Assembly (NCBI GenBank): GCA_045606105.1
Contig: JAZURI010000002.1
Coordinates: forward strand, 1-64,000
From: Spirochaetia bacterium
GTDB taxonomy: Bacteria; Spirochaetota; Spirochaetia; CADAEX01
DNA length: 64,000 nt
Direction: 5' to 3'
In this document: positions 19,440 through 28,316 of the stretch, in pieces
Layout: each line of letters starts with the position of its first letter
Position numbering within the stretch: position 1 is the stretch's first letter
Notes under the pieces: model-generated
Told to the model about the DNA's origin: nothing
Database searches by the model: none
What the model saw: the letters and a program-made list of their open reading frames with translations, nothing else
Made by a program: the position numbers and the translations under genes

Positions 19440-19953
19440 ATTTCACGGAACTGCTGTCCTGAGGGCGGCAGTTCTTTTTGTTTCAATTGCTGTACTTCTG
19501 TCTTTCATACCCTGTATCAGGGTTATTTCATTTTCAGACATAAGACAGAAATCAGAAAAAGTTTATTCCCGTTCTGCCTTGGATGGTTTTATAATTTCAT
19601 ATACCCATTCGGTTAACAAGGGAAGGGTACATGACTACTATGAGTGTACTTCCGACAGACAGCTGCAGGTTACCAGAACCGTATTTGTCTCATACGGAGC
19701 AGGGATTCCCGAACTTGGAGATTATTACGAGGGAGCTGTTTTCAGGCTTATCCCCGAAGGGTACGAGCTTTCCGGATTCGATAGGAAAGTTCCCGTTCTT
19801 CTAATGGCAGTAGGGCAGATTGCAGAACATTCTGTGACTATCAACGGAAACGAATTTTTTCTGGCCGATTATTTCAGGCGTAAAGCAAGTATTGAAATCA
19901 GGTTTGAAAGGGTTTCCCCCATCTCGTATATTCTGACAAGGAGTTTTTCTTAA
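19429..19953 (+). CDS. DUF1850-like protein associated with TAXI operons
   Basis: YTHSVNK...SYGAGIP motif, located between the TAXI binding protein and the fused permease. Start uncertain (TTG). Confidence 0.75.
   Translation: MLNKFHGTAVLRAAVLFVSIAVLLSFIPCIRVISFSDIRQKSEKVYSRSALDGFIISYTHSVNKGRVHDYYECTSDRQLQVTRTVFVSYGAGIPELGDYYEGAVFRLIPEGYELSGFDRKVPVLLMAVGQIAEHSVTINGNEFFLADYFRRKASIEIRFERVSPISYILTRSFS
19447..19479 (+). terminator. Intra-operon intrinsic terminator/stabilising hairpin inside the 5' end of the DUF1850 ORF
   Basis: GAACTGCTGTCC-TGA-GGGCGGCAGTTC followed by TTTTTG, 7 nt after the TAXI stop. Confidence 0.75.
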
Positions 19954-21920
19954 TGTGTGATAATAATAATGTCAACGAACAGGAAATGAAAGATCTTTTG
20001 GCCAGATTAGACAAGGAACAGTCTTTCAGGGAACATCAGTGCTGGCGTAGGCATATCACTGTAATCGTCTCTGTTGTTTTCTGTATTTTCCAGCTCTATG
20101 CAACACTTTCAGGAACTGTCACAGCCCAGATACTTCGAGCAAGCCATCTTGCATTTGTTCAGTTTCTGGCTTTTCTTCTTTTCCCGGCAACAAAAAAACA
20201 TCCCAAAAATACCTTGCCTTGGTATGATTGGGTACTTGGTCTTACAGGTGCAGGCTGCTGGATGTATATTGTCATAAACTTTGATTCCCTGGTTCGCCGT
20301 ACAGGTATCAATACAACCCTTGATATCGTGGTTGCCGTTATCGGAATCATAATTCTTTTTGAAAGCTGCCGCCGTCTTGTAGGTCTTCCTCTCATGATCA
20401 TCGCGGCTTGTTTTATTCTGTATGCTTTTCTGGGAAGTTATCTTCCGGGATTTTTCAATCACAGGGGATACACCCTCAAGCGTATAGCTTCACACCTTTT
20501 CTTCAATACAGAGGGAATCATGGGAACTCCTATCGGGGCATGTTCCACATTCATCTTCCTCTTTATACTTTTCGGAACACTGCTTGAAAAGACAGGTATC
20601 GGACAGTTTTTCATCGATATCTGCGATGCCATTGCCGGCGGTTCATCAGGCGGTCCTGCAAAGGTTGCGGTTCTTACCAGTGCGCTTCTCGGAACAGTTT
20701 CCGGTAGTTCCGTATCCAATACAGTAGGTTCCGGAAGCTTTACTATTCCTATGATGAAGAATCTGGGTTACAAGAAGGAATTTGCAGGTGCGGTAGAGGC
20801 CGCCGCCTCCACGGGAGGGCAGATCATGCCTCCTATCATGGGTGCCGCTGCCTTCCTTATGGCAGAAAGTCTCGGTCTTCCTTACATTACCATTGTAAAG
20901 GCAGCCGTAATCCCGGCACTTCTCTATTTTACAGGTATTTTCCTTACAGTTCACCTTGAAGCAAAGAAGCTTGGACTCAAGGGTAGGCCTAAGGATCAGC
21001 TTCCTGCATTCTGGCCTTTATTCCTCAGAAAAGGATACATGATGCTTCCTCTTGTTATTATCGTATTCTTCCTCTGTATCGGAAAAACAGCTGTATATGC
21101 AGCTATCATGGGTATTGTTTCCTGTCTGCTTATCGGACTGGCCACATCAATTATCGATTTGATCATGGGTCGTAAGCCTACATTTGTTCCTAAAGACCTT
21201 CTGGATATTGCAGTCAAGGCTGCCAGAAACATTATCAGTGTAGCCATTGCCTGTGGTATGGCAGGTATCATTATCGGTATCGTAACACTTACAGGTATCG
21301 GTCTTAAGTTCGGTGCAGGTCTTATTTCCATTTCCGGCGGTATTGCAATCATCACATTGCTTCTTACAATGGTTTCTTCCATTATCCTTGGTATGGGATC
21401 TCCTACAACAGCAAACTACCTTATTACATCCACAATTACAGCCGGTGCAATTATCGGCCTCGGATTTGAACCACTTGCAGCTCACATGTTTGCTTTCTAC
21501 TTCGGTATTATTGCCGACATCACACCTCCTGTTGCTCTTGCCGCCATTGCGGGAGCCGCTATTGCCAAGGCCAGACCTATCAAGACTGCATTCAATGCAA
21601 CCAAGCTTGCAATAGGTGCGTTTATTATTCCGTATATCTTTGTTTTCAATCCTGAAATGCTCATGATCAACACAACATTTATTCAGGTTCTTCCTGTAAT
21701 CATTACAGCACTCCTGGGAATGTTCTGTTTCAGTGCATGTCTCGAAGGTTATGCTCTCAGAAATATTTCCTTTGTGGGACGTATTCTTTTTGCAGCAGCC
21801 GGTTTCCTCTGTGTTATTCCGGAGTCCAGGACAGACTTTATCGGAATCGGAATCATTGTTCTTCTTACTGTAATTCAGATAATCAAGAACAAAAAAGAAT
21901 CAAAGGCAACCGCTGCCTGA
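19953..21920 (+). CDS. TRAP transporter fused permease (4TM/12TM, TAXI type)
   Basis: GGPAKVAV, SGSSVSN, EAAASTGGQIMPPIMGAAAF and ADITPPVALA motifs. Highly hydrophobic. Confidence 0.93.
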   Translation: MCDNNNVNEQEMKDLLARLDKEQSFREHQCWRRHITVIVSVVFCIFQLYATLSGTVTAQILRASHLAFVQFLAFLLFPATKKHPKNTLPWYDWVLGLTGAGCWMYIVINFDSLVRRTGINTTLDIVVAVIGIIILFESCRRLVGLPLMIIAACFILYAFLGSYLPGFFNHRGYTLKRIASHLFFNTEGIMGTPIGACSTFIFLFILFGTLLEKTGIGQFFIDICDAIAGGSSGGPAKVAVLTSALLGTVSGSSVSNTVGSGSFTIPMMKNLGYKKEFAGAVEAAASTGGQIMPPIMGAAAFLMAESLGLPYITIVKAAVIPALLYFTGIFLTVHLEAKKLGLKGRPKDQLPAFWPLFLRKGYMMLPLVIIVFFLCIGKTAVYAAIMGIVSCLLIGLATSIIDLIMGRKPTFVPKDLLDIAVKAARNIISVAIACGMAGIIIGIVTLTGIGLKFGAGLISISGGIAIITLLLTMVSSIILGMGSPTTANYLITSTITAGAIIGLGFEPLAAHMFAFYFGIIADITPPVALAAIAGAAIAKARPIKTAFNATKLAIGAFIIPYIFVFNPEMLMINTTFIQVLPVIITALLGMFCFSACLEGYALRNISFVGRILFAAAGFLCVIPESRTDFIGIGIIVLLTVIQIIKNKKESKATAA

Positions 21921-23201
21921 TCACATCATAAAATAAACGGCAGCAGCCGTGATTACAGCTCCTGCGGCAACAAAGCCGCAGGGTTTTATCAACGACAGAG
22001 TATTCTTGAACAGGTTTGTGTTAAAGTATTTGTGGGTCACCACATTACAGACATGAACCGGTGAGAGAAGAGTTCCTATCAAACCGAATCCATAACCGAG
22101 AACTACCATTATCAGAACCCATTTAAGGTCTGGAGAAGTTCCCAGAAGCGAATATGTTATAGGGAAACTGGTTCCTACGAATCCCAGTGCAATTCCTGTT
22201 GCCAGGCCGCTGATGAAAGGGAGCACTGCAAAAAGGATTATTCCCGGGATACCTACGGAGGAAAGCTCCTGTTTCATTATATCTATAATCAGCCGTCCGT
22301 CTTCAAGGGGTACGCTTATAAAACCGCTGTATACCGTGATTATTGCCACGATGAATACCATGTTGCGGCCGTTCTTGGCCAGGAGCATTTTTTTCCATAC
22401 TGCAGCTCCCAGCGGTTTCCAGAGCTGGCATACCGTAATGGAAGCAATAAGGCTCAGTATAAGCGACATGAACTTTGAGAAAGAGTTCAATGCAGGAAAC
22501 AGGAATGATAATATAAAGCTTCCTATTATAATTATGGCAATAGGGGAGAGATACCTGAAAAGAGGGGGGGTTCTATCGCTTTTTTCAGGTTTCGCGGAAG
22601 GCATATCAAGTTTTCTGAGTATGAAATACCAGCCTCCTATTACGGTACAGATACTGAGGGGGAGGTTTACCAAAGCCATCTGCCACATCTTCAGATGTGT
22701 TATCTGCATGGCCATTATGACTGCGGCAAAGAGAGGAAACCAGAATTCCCACACATGTCTGAACCAGTAGTTGATCTTGGCCTTGGAATCATTGTCCAGA
22801 CTGCCCGATACGTCACAAGCCTCCACCAGAGGTGCAGAGAAAAGAGCTCCCCCCGGCATGGGAATCAGCCCCATGATGATAGGTACCGAAGCAATGAGAG
22901 TCTTGCCGCTGAATCTTGATTTAAGACCCTGGGTCATATTACCCATTATGTTGTTTTCCTTTATCTGGTTGCTGAGGAAAATCATTAACCATACCAGGAA
23001 ATAGAGCATTAAGTTTTCCTTATCGGTGATTTTTTCCAACGGAATGGAGATGAACTCCTTTAAAGACCTTTCGGAGAGAAACGCCAGGAAAAAGGTTCCT
23101 GCAAGAATAGATAAGGAAAGATTCCTTATAAATTTGTCAAGGACGAGAATGAGTCCCAATGACATGAAAATTGCGACAATAACCGGTAAATCAAAAAGCA
23201 T
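21921..23201 (-). CDS. DUF401-family integral membrane protein
   Basis: GLIPMPGGALFSAP, INYWFRHVWE and LLSPVHVC motifs, with many TM segments. Confidence 0.8.
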   Translation of the reverse strand: MLFDLPVIVAIFMSLGLILVLDKFIRNLSLSILAGTFFLAFLSERSLKEFISIPLEKITDKENLMLYFLVWLMIFLSNQIKENNIMGNMTQGLKSRFSGKTLIASVPIIMGLIPMPGGALFSAPLVEACDVSGSLDNDSKAKINYWFRHVWEFWFPLFAAVIMAMQITHLKMWQMALVNLPLSICTVIGGWYFILRKLDMPSAKPEKSDRTPPLFRYLSPIAIIIIGSFILSFLFPALNSFSKFMSLILSLIASITVCQLWKPLGAAVWKKMLLAKNGRNMVFIVAIITVYSGFISVPLEDGRLIIDIMKQELSSVGIPGIILFAVLPFISGLATGIALGFVGTSFPITYSLLGTSPDLKWVLIMVVLGYGFGLIGTLLSPVHVCNVVTHKYFNTNLFKNTLSLIKPCGFVAAGAVITAAAVYFMM

Positions 23202-23207
23202 GGATAA

Positions 23208-23236
23208 ATTTTACAAATATTTATATTAAATGTAAA
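23208..23236 (-). promoter_or_regulatory. Putative promoter of DUF401 giving a leaderless transcript
   Basis: Minus strand: TTTACA-17-TAAAAT-6 nt-ATG. Confidence 0.65.
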
Positions 23237-23334
23237 TATTAGATTTATTATTGAAAAATAAAAAAATTTTATAACATTTTTAATCTTTGTCTGTTTATTT
23301 TTTGTAGTTATATTAAAAACAACAGGAGTAAATT

Positions 23335-24828
23335 ATGTATAAAAAATTTTTACTTTCATTAATGATAATTTTTCTTTGTGTGTGCGGGGTATATGCCGTA
23401 GGAACCCAGGAGCAGCAGGCCGCCGATGACAAGGGTGGTGTTGTTACTGCACAGGAGTCACAGGACAAGAGAGTTGTTCCTACCTCTGCAGAGCAGGTTT
23501 ATTTTTCATTCAGCTCCATAACCAAGCAGGTTCTCCCTGTAGTTGTGGAAATAGATACAGTAGAGGTTGTAAAGCAGCAGAGTTTCAATTTCTTCAGTCC
23601 ATTTGATTTCTTTTTTGGAAACGGCGGAGAAAGAAACGGTAACCATCCGCCAAAGGAAAGAAAGTTCGAACGTCCCGGCCTCGGCTCCGGTATCATTATC
23701 AAACAGGATGGAAAAACAGTTTATGTCCTTACCAACAGCCATGTTGCCGGAAAGGCAGATGAGATTACCGTAAAGCTTCATAACGGAAATGAATATGAAG
23801 CAAAGAAAATAGGTGATGACAGCAGAATGGACCTTGCCCTTATCTCCTTCGAATGTGAAGAAAAGGTTCCTGTTGCTGTATTCGGAAATTCAGATGCCCT
23901 TGAGGTGGGCGATATAGTTCTGGCCGTGGGAACACCTTACGGATTCGAATCCTCAGTTACAGCCGGTATTGTCAGCGGTCTCGGTCGTAAAAGCACCATG
24001 GGACAGATTTCAAACTACACCGACTATATCCAGACAGATGCATCCATCAATCCGGGTAACTCCGGCGGTGCCCTTGTAAACATGAAGGGTGAGGTTGTGG
24101 GAATCAATACATGGATTGCAACCCAGAGCGGAGGAAGCGTGGGTCTGGGCTTTGCCATTCCTTCAAATTCGGCAGAGCGTATTGCCAATGATTTCATGAC
24201 AAAGGGAAAGGTTGAATACGGCTGGCTCGGTGTATCGATCGGTAATGCGGACGAGGAAATCTATCCTGAAATCAGAAAGGACATGAAGCTGGGCGACAGA
24301 AAAGGAGCTCTGGTTCTTGGCACATTCAAGAAATCACCTGCTGCCAAGTCAGGAATCATGCCGGGTGACTTCATTGTAAAGGTTAATAATGAAGCAATCA
24401 CAGACTCATCTCATCTGACAAAGGTTATTGCCAAGATTCCGCCGAAGGAGCGTGCTCAGTTCACCGTAATCAGGAACGGAAAGGAAAAGGTTCTTGCCGT
24501 TGTTCTTGAAACCAGAGGTGAAGAAACAGAGATTCAGACAAACAAGGATATCTGGCCGGGAATCATTGCCGTTAATATTGATGATAAGATCAAGGAAAAG
24601 CTTGAGCTGAAGGATACCGAAGGGGTGATTATCATGAATGTTGCAGGCGGTACAGCTGCTGAGAAGGCAAACTTCAGGGCAGGGGATATTATCCAGGAAA
24701 TCAATGACAGACCGATCAGAAGCATGTCTGATTTCTATGCAGCCATCAACGATACCGGCTCTTCAAAGAAAATGTTCCAGATTGTCAGGGAAGGACAGAT
24801 TATCATTATCGGAATAGTCAATTCCTGA
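23335..24828 (+). CDS. htrA: HtrA/DegP (Do family) serine endopeptidase with two PDZ domains
   Basis: Signal peptide, GLGSG, TNSHV, DLA, QTDASINPGNSGG and two PDZ domains. Confidence 0.95.
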   Translation: MYKKFLLSLMIIFLCVCGVYAVGTQEQQAADDKGGVVTAQESQDKRVVPTSAEQVYFSFSSITKQVLPVVVEIDTVEVVKQQSFNFFSPFDFFFGNGGERNGNHPPKERKFERPGLGSGIIIKQDGKTVYVLTNSHVAGKADEITVKLHNGNEYEAKKIGDDSRMDLALISFECEEKVPVAVFGNSDALEVGDIVLAVGTPYGFESSVTAGIVSGLGRKSTMGQISNYTDYIQTDASINPGNSGGALVNMKGEVVGINTWIATQSGGSVGLGFAIPSNSAERIANDFMTKGKVEYGWLGVSIGNADEEIYPEIRKDMKLGDRKGALVLGTFKKSPAAKSGIMPGDFIVKVNNEAITDSSHLTKVIAKIPPKERAQFTVIRNGKEKVLAVVLETRGEETEIQTNKDIWPGIIAVNIDDKIKEKLELKDTEGVIIMNVAGGTAAEKANFRAGDIIQEINDRPIRSMSDFYAAINDTGSSKKMFQIVREGQIIIIGIVNS

Positions 24829-24857
24829 AAATTGGTTTAAGGAGTTTTAATTTACTG

Positions 24858-24886
24858 TTGACTTGTCTTCATTATTAAAATATCCT
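24858..24886 (+). promoter_or_regulatory. Putative promoter of the U32 gene giving a leaderless transcript, embedded in a long inverted repeat
   Basis: TTGACT-17-TATCCT-7 nt-ATG(24894). Confidence 0.6.
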
Positions 24887-24893
24887 TAAACTG

Positions 24894-26087
24894 ATGGAAC
24901 TTTTATCTCCCGCCGGGAACATAGAAAAACTTTTTTACGCTTATGAATATGGTGCCGATGCAGCTTACATCGGCATCAAGAATTTCTCCCTCAGAGCCAA
25001 GGCCGATAACTTTTCAGCCGATGAATACGAGGCTATACGCAGGGTAAAGGGAAACAAGAAGCTTTATACAGCTCTCAATATCTATTTTCACGACCATGAT
25101 ATAGAGACCCTTGAGAAAGAATCGGATTATATCAGGAAATATCCCCTTGACGGCTTTATCATCAGCGATATCGGTATCATCGATTACCTGAAGAAAACCT
25201 TTCCTGACAAGGAGCTGCATCTCAGTACACAGGCAAACTGCATAAATACAAATGCTGCCAAGATATATCGTGATATGGGTATCAAGAGAATCGTTCTGGG
25301 AAGAGAGCTTTCACTGAAGGAAATCGAGACAATAAAAAGAAATGTTCCTGAAATTGAAATAGAAGTTTTTGCCCATGGGGCCATGTGTATTGCCTATTCC
25401 GGCAGATGCTTTCTGAGCAAATACCTTACCGGACGTTCGGCAAATCAGGGAGACTGTGCCCATTCCTGCAGATGGCAGTACCGTGTACTGGAGGAATCGG
25501 AGCGTCCGGGAGAATTCTATCCGGTGGTTCAGGGTGAGAATTTCACATCCATCCTTTCATCAAAGGATCTCTGTATGATCGATCATCTCCATGAGCTCAG
25601 AGATGCAGGAGTTGATTCCATTAAGATTGAGGGAAGAATCAAATCTGTTTATTATGCTGCAGTAATTACCCGTGCCTACAGGAAGAAGCTGGACTTTATC
25701 CAGGGGCTTTCTGATGAGAATCCGGATGATTACGTAAACGAAATATTCAAGGTGAGCCACAGGGAATTTTCCACAGGGTTCTATTACGGAAAGGATGAAA
25801 TAGAGATGCCTACCTTCAAGGCATATCTTACAGAGGCCCATTTCCTCGGCAGTGTCATAAACTGTCTCGGCGACGGTCTTTATGAGCTTGATATCAAGAA
25901 TCATCTCGGAGCAGAGGACAGCATCGAATTTATCGGGCCCGATGTTCTTTATGTTCCGGTAGAGAATTTTCAGCTGTATAATGAAAATATGGAACCGGTT
26001 GACAGAACCGACCATGGAAAAATTACTTTTATAAAGACAGACAAAATCCTTAAAAAAGGGTATATTCTCAGAAAGAAGGAACATTGA
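24894..26087 (+). CDS. Peptidase U32 family Fe-S protein (TrhP-like tRNA hydroxylation protein)
   Basis: MELLSPAG, GADAAYIG, HLSTQAN, HGAMCIAYSGRC...C...CR and KIEGR motifs. Confidence 0.9.
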   Translation: MELLSPAGNIEKLFYAYEYGADAAYIGIKNFSLRAKADNFSADEYEAIRRVKGNKKLYTALNIYFHDHDIETLEKESDYIRKYPLDGFIISDIGIIDYLKKTFPDKELHLSTQANCINTNAAKIYRDMGIKRIVLGRELSLKEIETIKRNVPEIEIEVFAHGAMCIAYSGRCFLSKYLTGRSANQGDCAHSCRWQYRVLEESERPGEFYPVVQGENFTSILSSKDLCMIDHLHELRDAGVDSIKIEGRIKSVYYAAVITRAYRKKLDFIQGLSDENPDDYVNEIFKVSHREFSTGFYYGKDEIEMPTFKAYLTEAHFLGSVINCLGDGLYELDIKNHLGAEDSIEFIGPDVLYVPVENFQLYNENMEPVDRTDHGKITFIKTDKILKKGYILRKKEH

Positions 26088-26938
26088 TGAAGCATATCGG
26101 AAGATTTCTGGCCATATTGATTTTTTCTCTTATCATGTCAGGCTGTATGACAATACCTTCCGTATTCAATGCCCCAACCGTTACCGAGGAATCCTTCGAG
26201 GTAAAAAGAATTGACTTTGACGGTGCTGAAATCCTGACCCGCATAAAGGTCAGCAACAGCAATACGGTTTCCATGGATTTTCCCGAAACTGTATGGAACC
26301 TGATAATCGGTGATATTGCCGTTGCTTCAGGTACTATTGAAAAAGGGGCGAAGATACCGCCCATGGCTTCTGTGGTGGTGGAGATTCCGGTCAGCATGAA
26401 CTTCAGGGAAACTTACAGCAAGTTCCCGTCCCTTTCATCCCTTGACAAGGCAGAATACAGGCTGGAAACAGTGATGAACTTCAAGCTTCCGGTTTTCGGC
26501 AAGGACGAGCACAAGATTACCCATGTGGGAAGCATTCCTATGCTGAGGAAACCGGAGGTGTTTCTTGAAAGCATAATGCTTACCGGTCTTGAGCCGGAGC
26601 AGGTCGGTTTTTCCGTAATGGCAGGTATGGAGAACAGGAACGGCTTTTCTCTTGTTATCGAAAGCATGAGCTACAGCCTGAAGATCAACGGTGACCAGTG
26701 GTCCGAGGGGACAACCCGCAGGCAGCTTATTCTTCCGGCCAGGACTACGGATCAGCTTCCTATAAACATTTCAATCAAGACATCGGAAAAGGTGTCGGAT
26801 ATATATTCGCTTATTCTGAATGAGGCAGATGTCAGGTATGAATTTACAGGCCGTCTTTCGGTAAAGGCCGATAACGGTACATTGGGTGAGCTGACATTGC
26901 CGTTCAAGGTCATAGGCAGCAGAAGAATCAAACTTTAA
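26084..26938 (+). CDS. Lipoprotein with two LEA_2/WHy-like domains
   Basis: Lipobox IMSGC. Two repeats of the type V.N.N...(L/M)...Y.L.I.G...G. Start may be ATG 26087. Confidence 0.7.
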   Translation: MMKHIGRFLAILIFSLIMSGCMTIPSVFNAPTVTEESFEVKRIDFDGAEILTRIKVSNSNTVSMDFPETVWNLIIGDIAVASGTIEKGAKIPPMASVVVEIPVSMNFRETYSKFPSLSSLDKAEYRLETVMNFKLPVFGKDEHKITHVGSIPMLRKPEVFLESIMLTGLEPEQVGFSVMAGMENRNGFSLVIESMSYSLKINGDQWSEGTTRRQLILPARTTDQLPINISIKTSEKVSDIYSLILNEADVRYEFTGRLSVKADNGTLGELTLPFKVIGSRRIKL

Positions 26939-26948
26939 AGAGGATATT

Positions 26949-28316
26949 ATGGCTAAGCTTTGGTACAAGGATTACGAACTTAACGAGCTTCTCGAAAAAT
27001 TTACCGTAGGTAATGATTATATACTTGATAAAAGACTGGTGGTTTCAGACTGTGTTTCCAGTATTGCCCACATTCAGATGCTTTCCTCCATCGGTATCAT
27101 TTCTGCCGGGGAATACAACGCCCTCAGGGATACGCTTGCAGAGATAATCAAGGATGATATGGAAGGAAAATTCGAAATCAAGGCATCTGACGAGGACTGT
27201 CATACCGCCATCGAGGGATATCTGACCGAAAAGCTTGGTGATGCCGGAAAGAAGGTCCACACAGGAAGATCCAGAAACGACCAGGTGCTTACAGCCACAA
27301 GATTCTATACAAAGACCTTTGTTCTTAAAATTATGGACAAGGCCCTGCAGCTGGCAGCCTCCCTTGCCGGTTTTGCAGAAAAATACAAGGATGTACCGAT
27401 GCCGGGAAGAACCCATATGCAGATTGCCATGCCTTCTTCCGTGGGACTCTGGGCCGGTGCTTTTGCAGAGGAGATACTGGATGGGGTAAGATTCCTCAAG
27501 GGTGCCTATGAGCTCAACAACAGATGTCCTCTGGGCTCTGCTGCCAGCTACGGTGTTCCGATACCGCTCAACAGGGAGCTTACCGCAACTCTTCTCGGTT
27601 TCGGAGGAATCCAGAACAACGTACTCTGTGCCAACAACTCCAGAGGAAAGATAGAATCCATGATAGTTGATGCCCTGGAGCAGCTAACCATGACCTATGC
27701 CAAGATGGCTCAGGATCTCATAATCTTCTCCATGCCTGAATTCGGCTATTTCTCACTGCCGGCATCCCTTTGTTCCGGCTCCAGCATCATGCCTCAGAAA
27801 AAGAATCCGGACGGCCTTGAGCTTGTAAGGGCAAAGGCAGCAACAGTTTCCGGATACAGTACAGGAATAAAGAATATCATCAGGGCACTCCCTTCAGGAT
27901 ACAACAGGGATTTTCAGGAAACAAAGGAAATTCTTTTCAAGGTTCTTGATACAGCCTACAGCTCCACAATGATCATGAAGCTTACAATCGACGAGCTGGA
28001 GGTCAACAAGGAAACACTTATAGGATGCTTCACTCCAGATATCTTTGCTACAGACGAGGCTCTCAGGCTTGTGGCAGGAGGTATGAGCTTCCGCGATGCA
28101 TACAAGCAGGTCGGACTCAATCTTGATAAGCTCAGCAATGAAGATCCTGTCGAGGCACTTAAAAAAAGAACTTCCACAGGTACAGCAGGCAACCTGAATC
28201 TGGAATATGCCTTGTCTCTTATAAACACCTTGGGTGAGTTTGTGAAAGGGGAGAAGGATGTGGTTGACGGTGTTGTCAGCAACCTGTCATCGATAGATCG
28301 GAGTGTATTTTTTTAA
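26949..28316 (+). CDS. argH: Argininosuccinate lyase
   Basis: MAKLW, EDCH, HTGRSRNDQ, GSSIMPQKKNPD, SGYNRDFQ and FRDAY motifs. Confidence 0.95.
   Translation: MAKLWYKDYELNELLEKFTVGNDYILDKRLVVSDCVSSIAHIQMLSSIGIISAGEYNALRDTLAEIIKDDMEGKFEIKASDEDCHTAIEGYLTEKLGDAGKKVHTGRSRNDQVLTATRFYTKTFVLKIMDKALQLAASLAGFAEKYKDVPMPGRTHMQIAMPSSVGLWAGAFAEEILDGVRFLKGAYELNNRCPLGSAASYGVPIPLNRELTATLLGFGGIQNNVLCANNSRGKIESMIVDALEQLTMTYAKMAQDLIIFSMPEFGYFSLPASLCSGSSIMPQKKNPDGLELVRAKAATVSGYSTGIKNIIRALPSGYNRDFQETKEILFKVLDTAYSSTMIMKLTIDELEVNKETLIGCFTPDIFATDEALRLVAGGMSFRDAYKQVGLNLDKLSNEDPVEALKKRTSTGTAGNLNLEYALSLINTLGEFVKGEKDVVDGVVSNLSSIDRSVFF

Noticed and set aside
23202-23334. Very AT-rich 133-bp intergenic region as a possible oriC or sRNA
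   Set aside because: No DnaA boxes (TTATCCACA) or stable structure were seen. It is explained by divergent DUF401 and htrA promoters.
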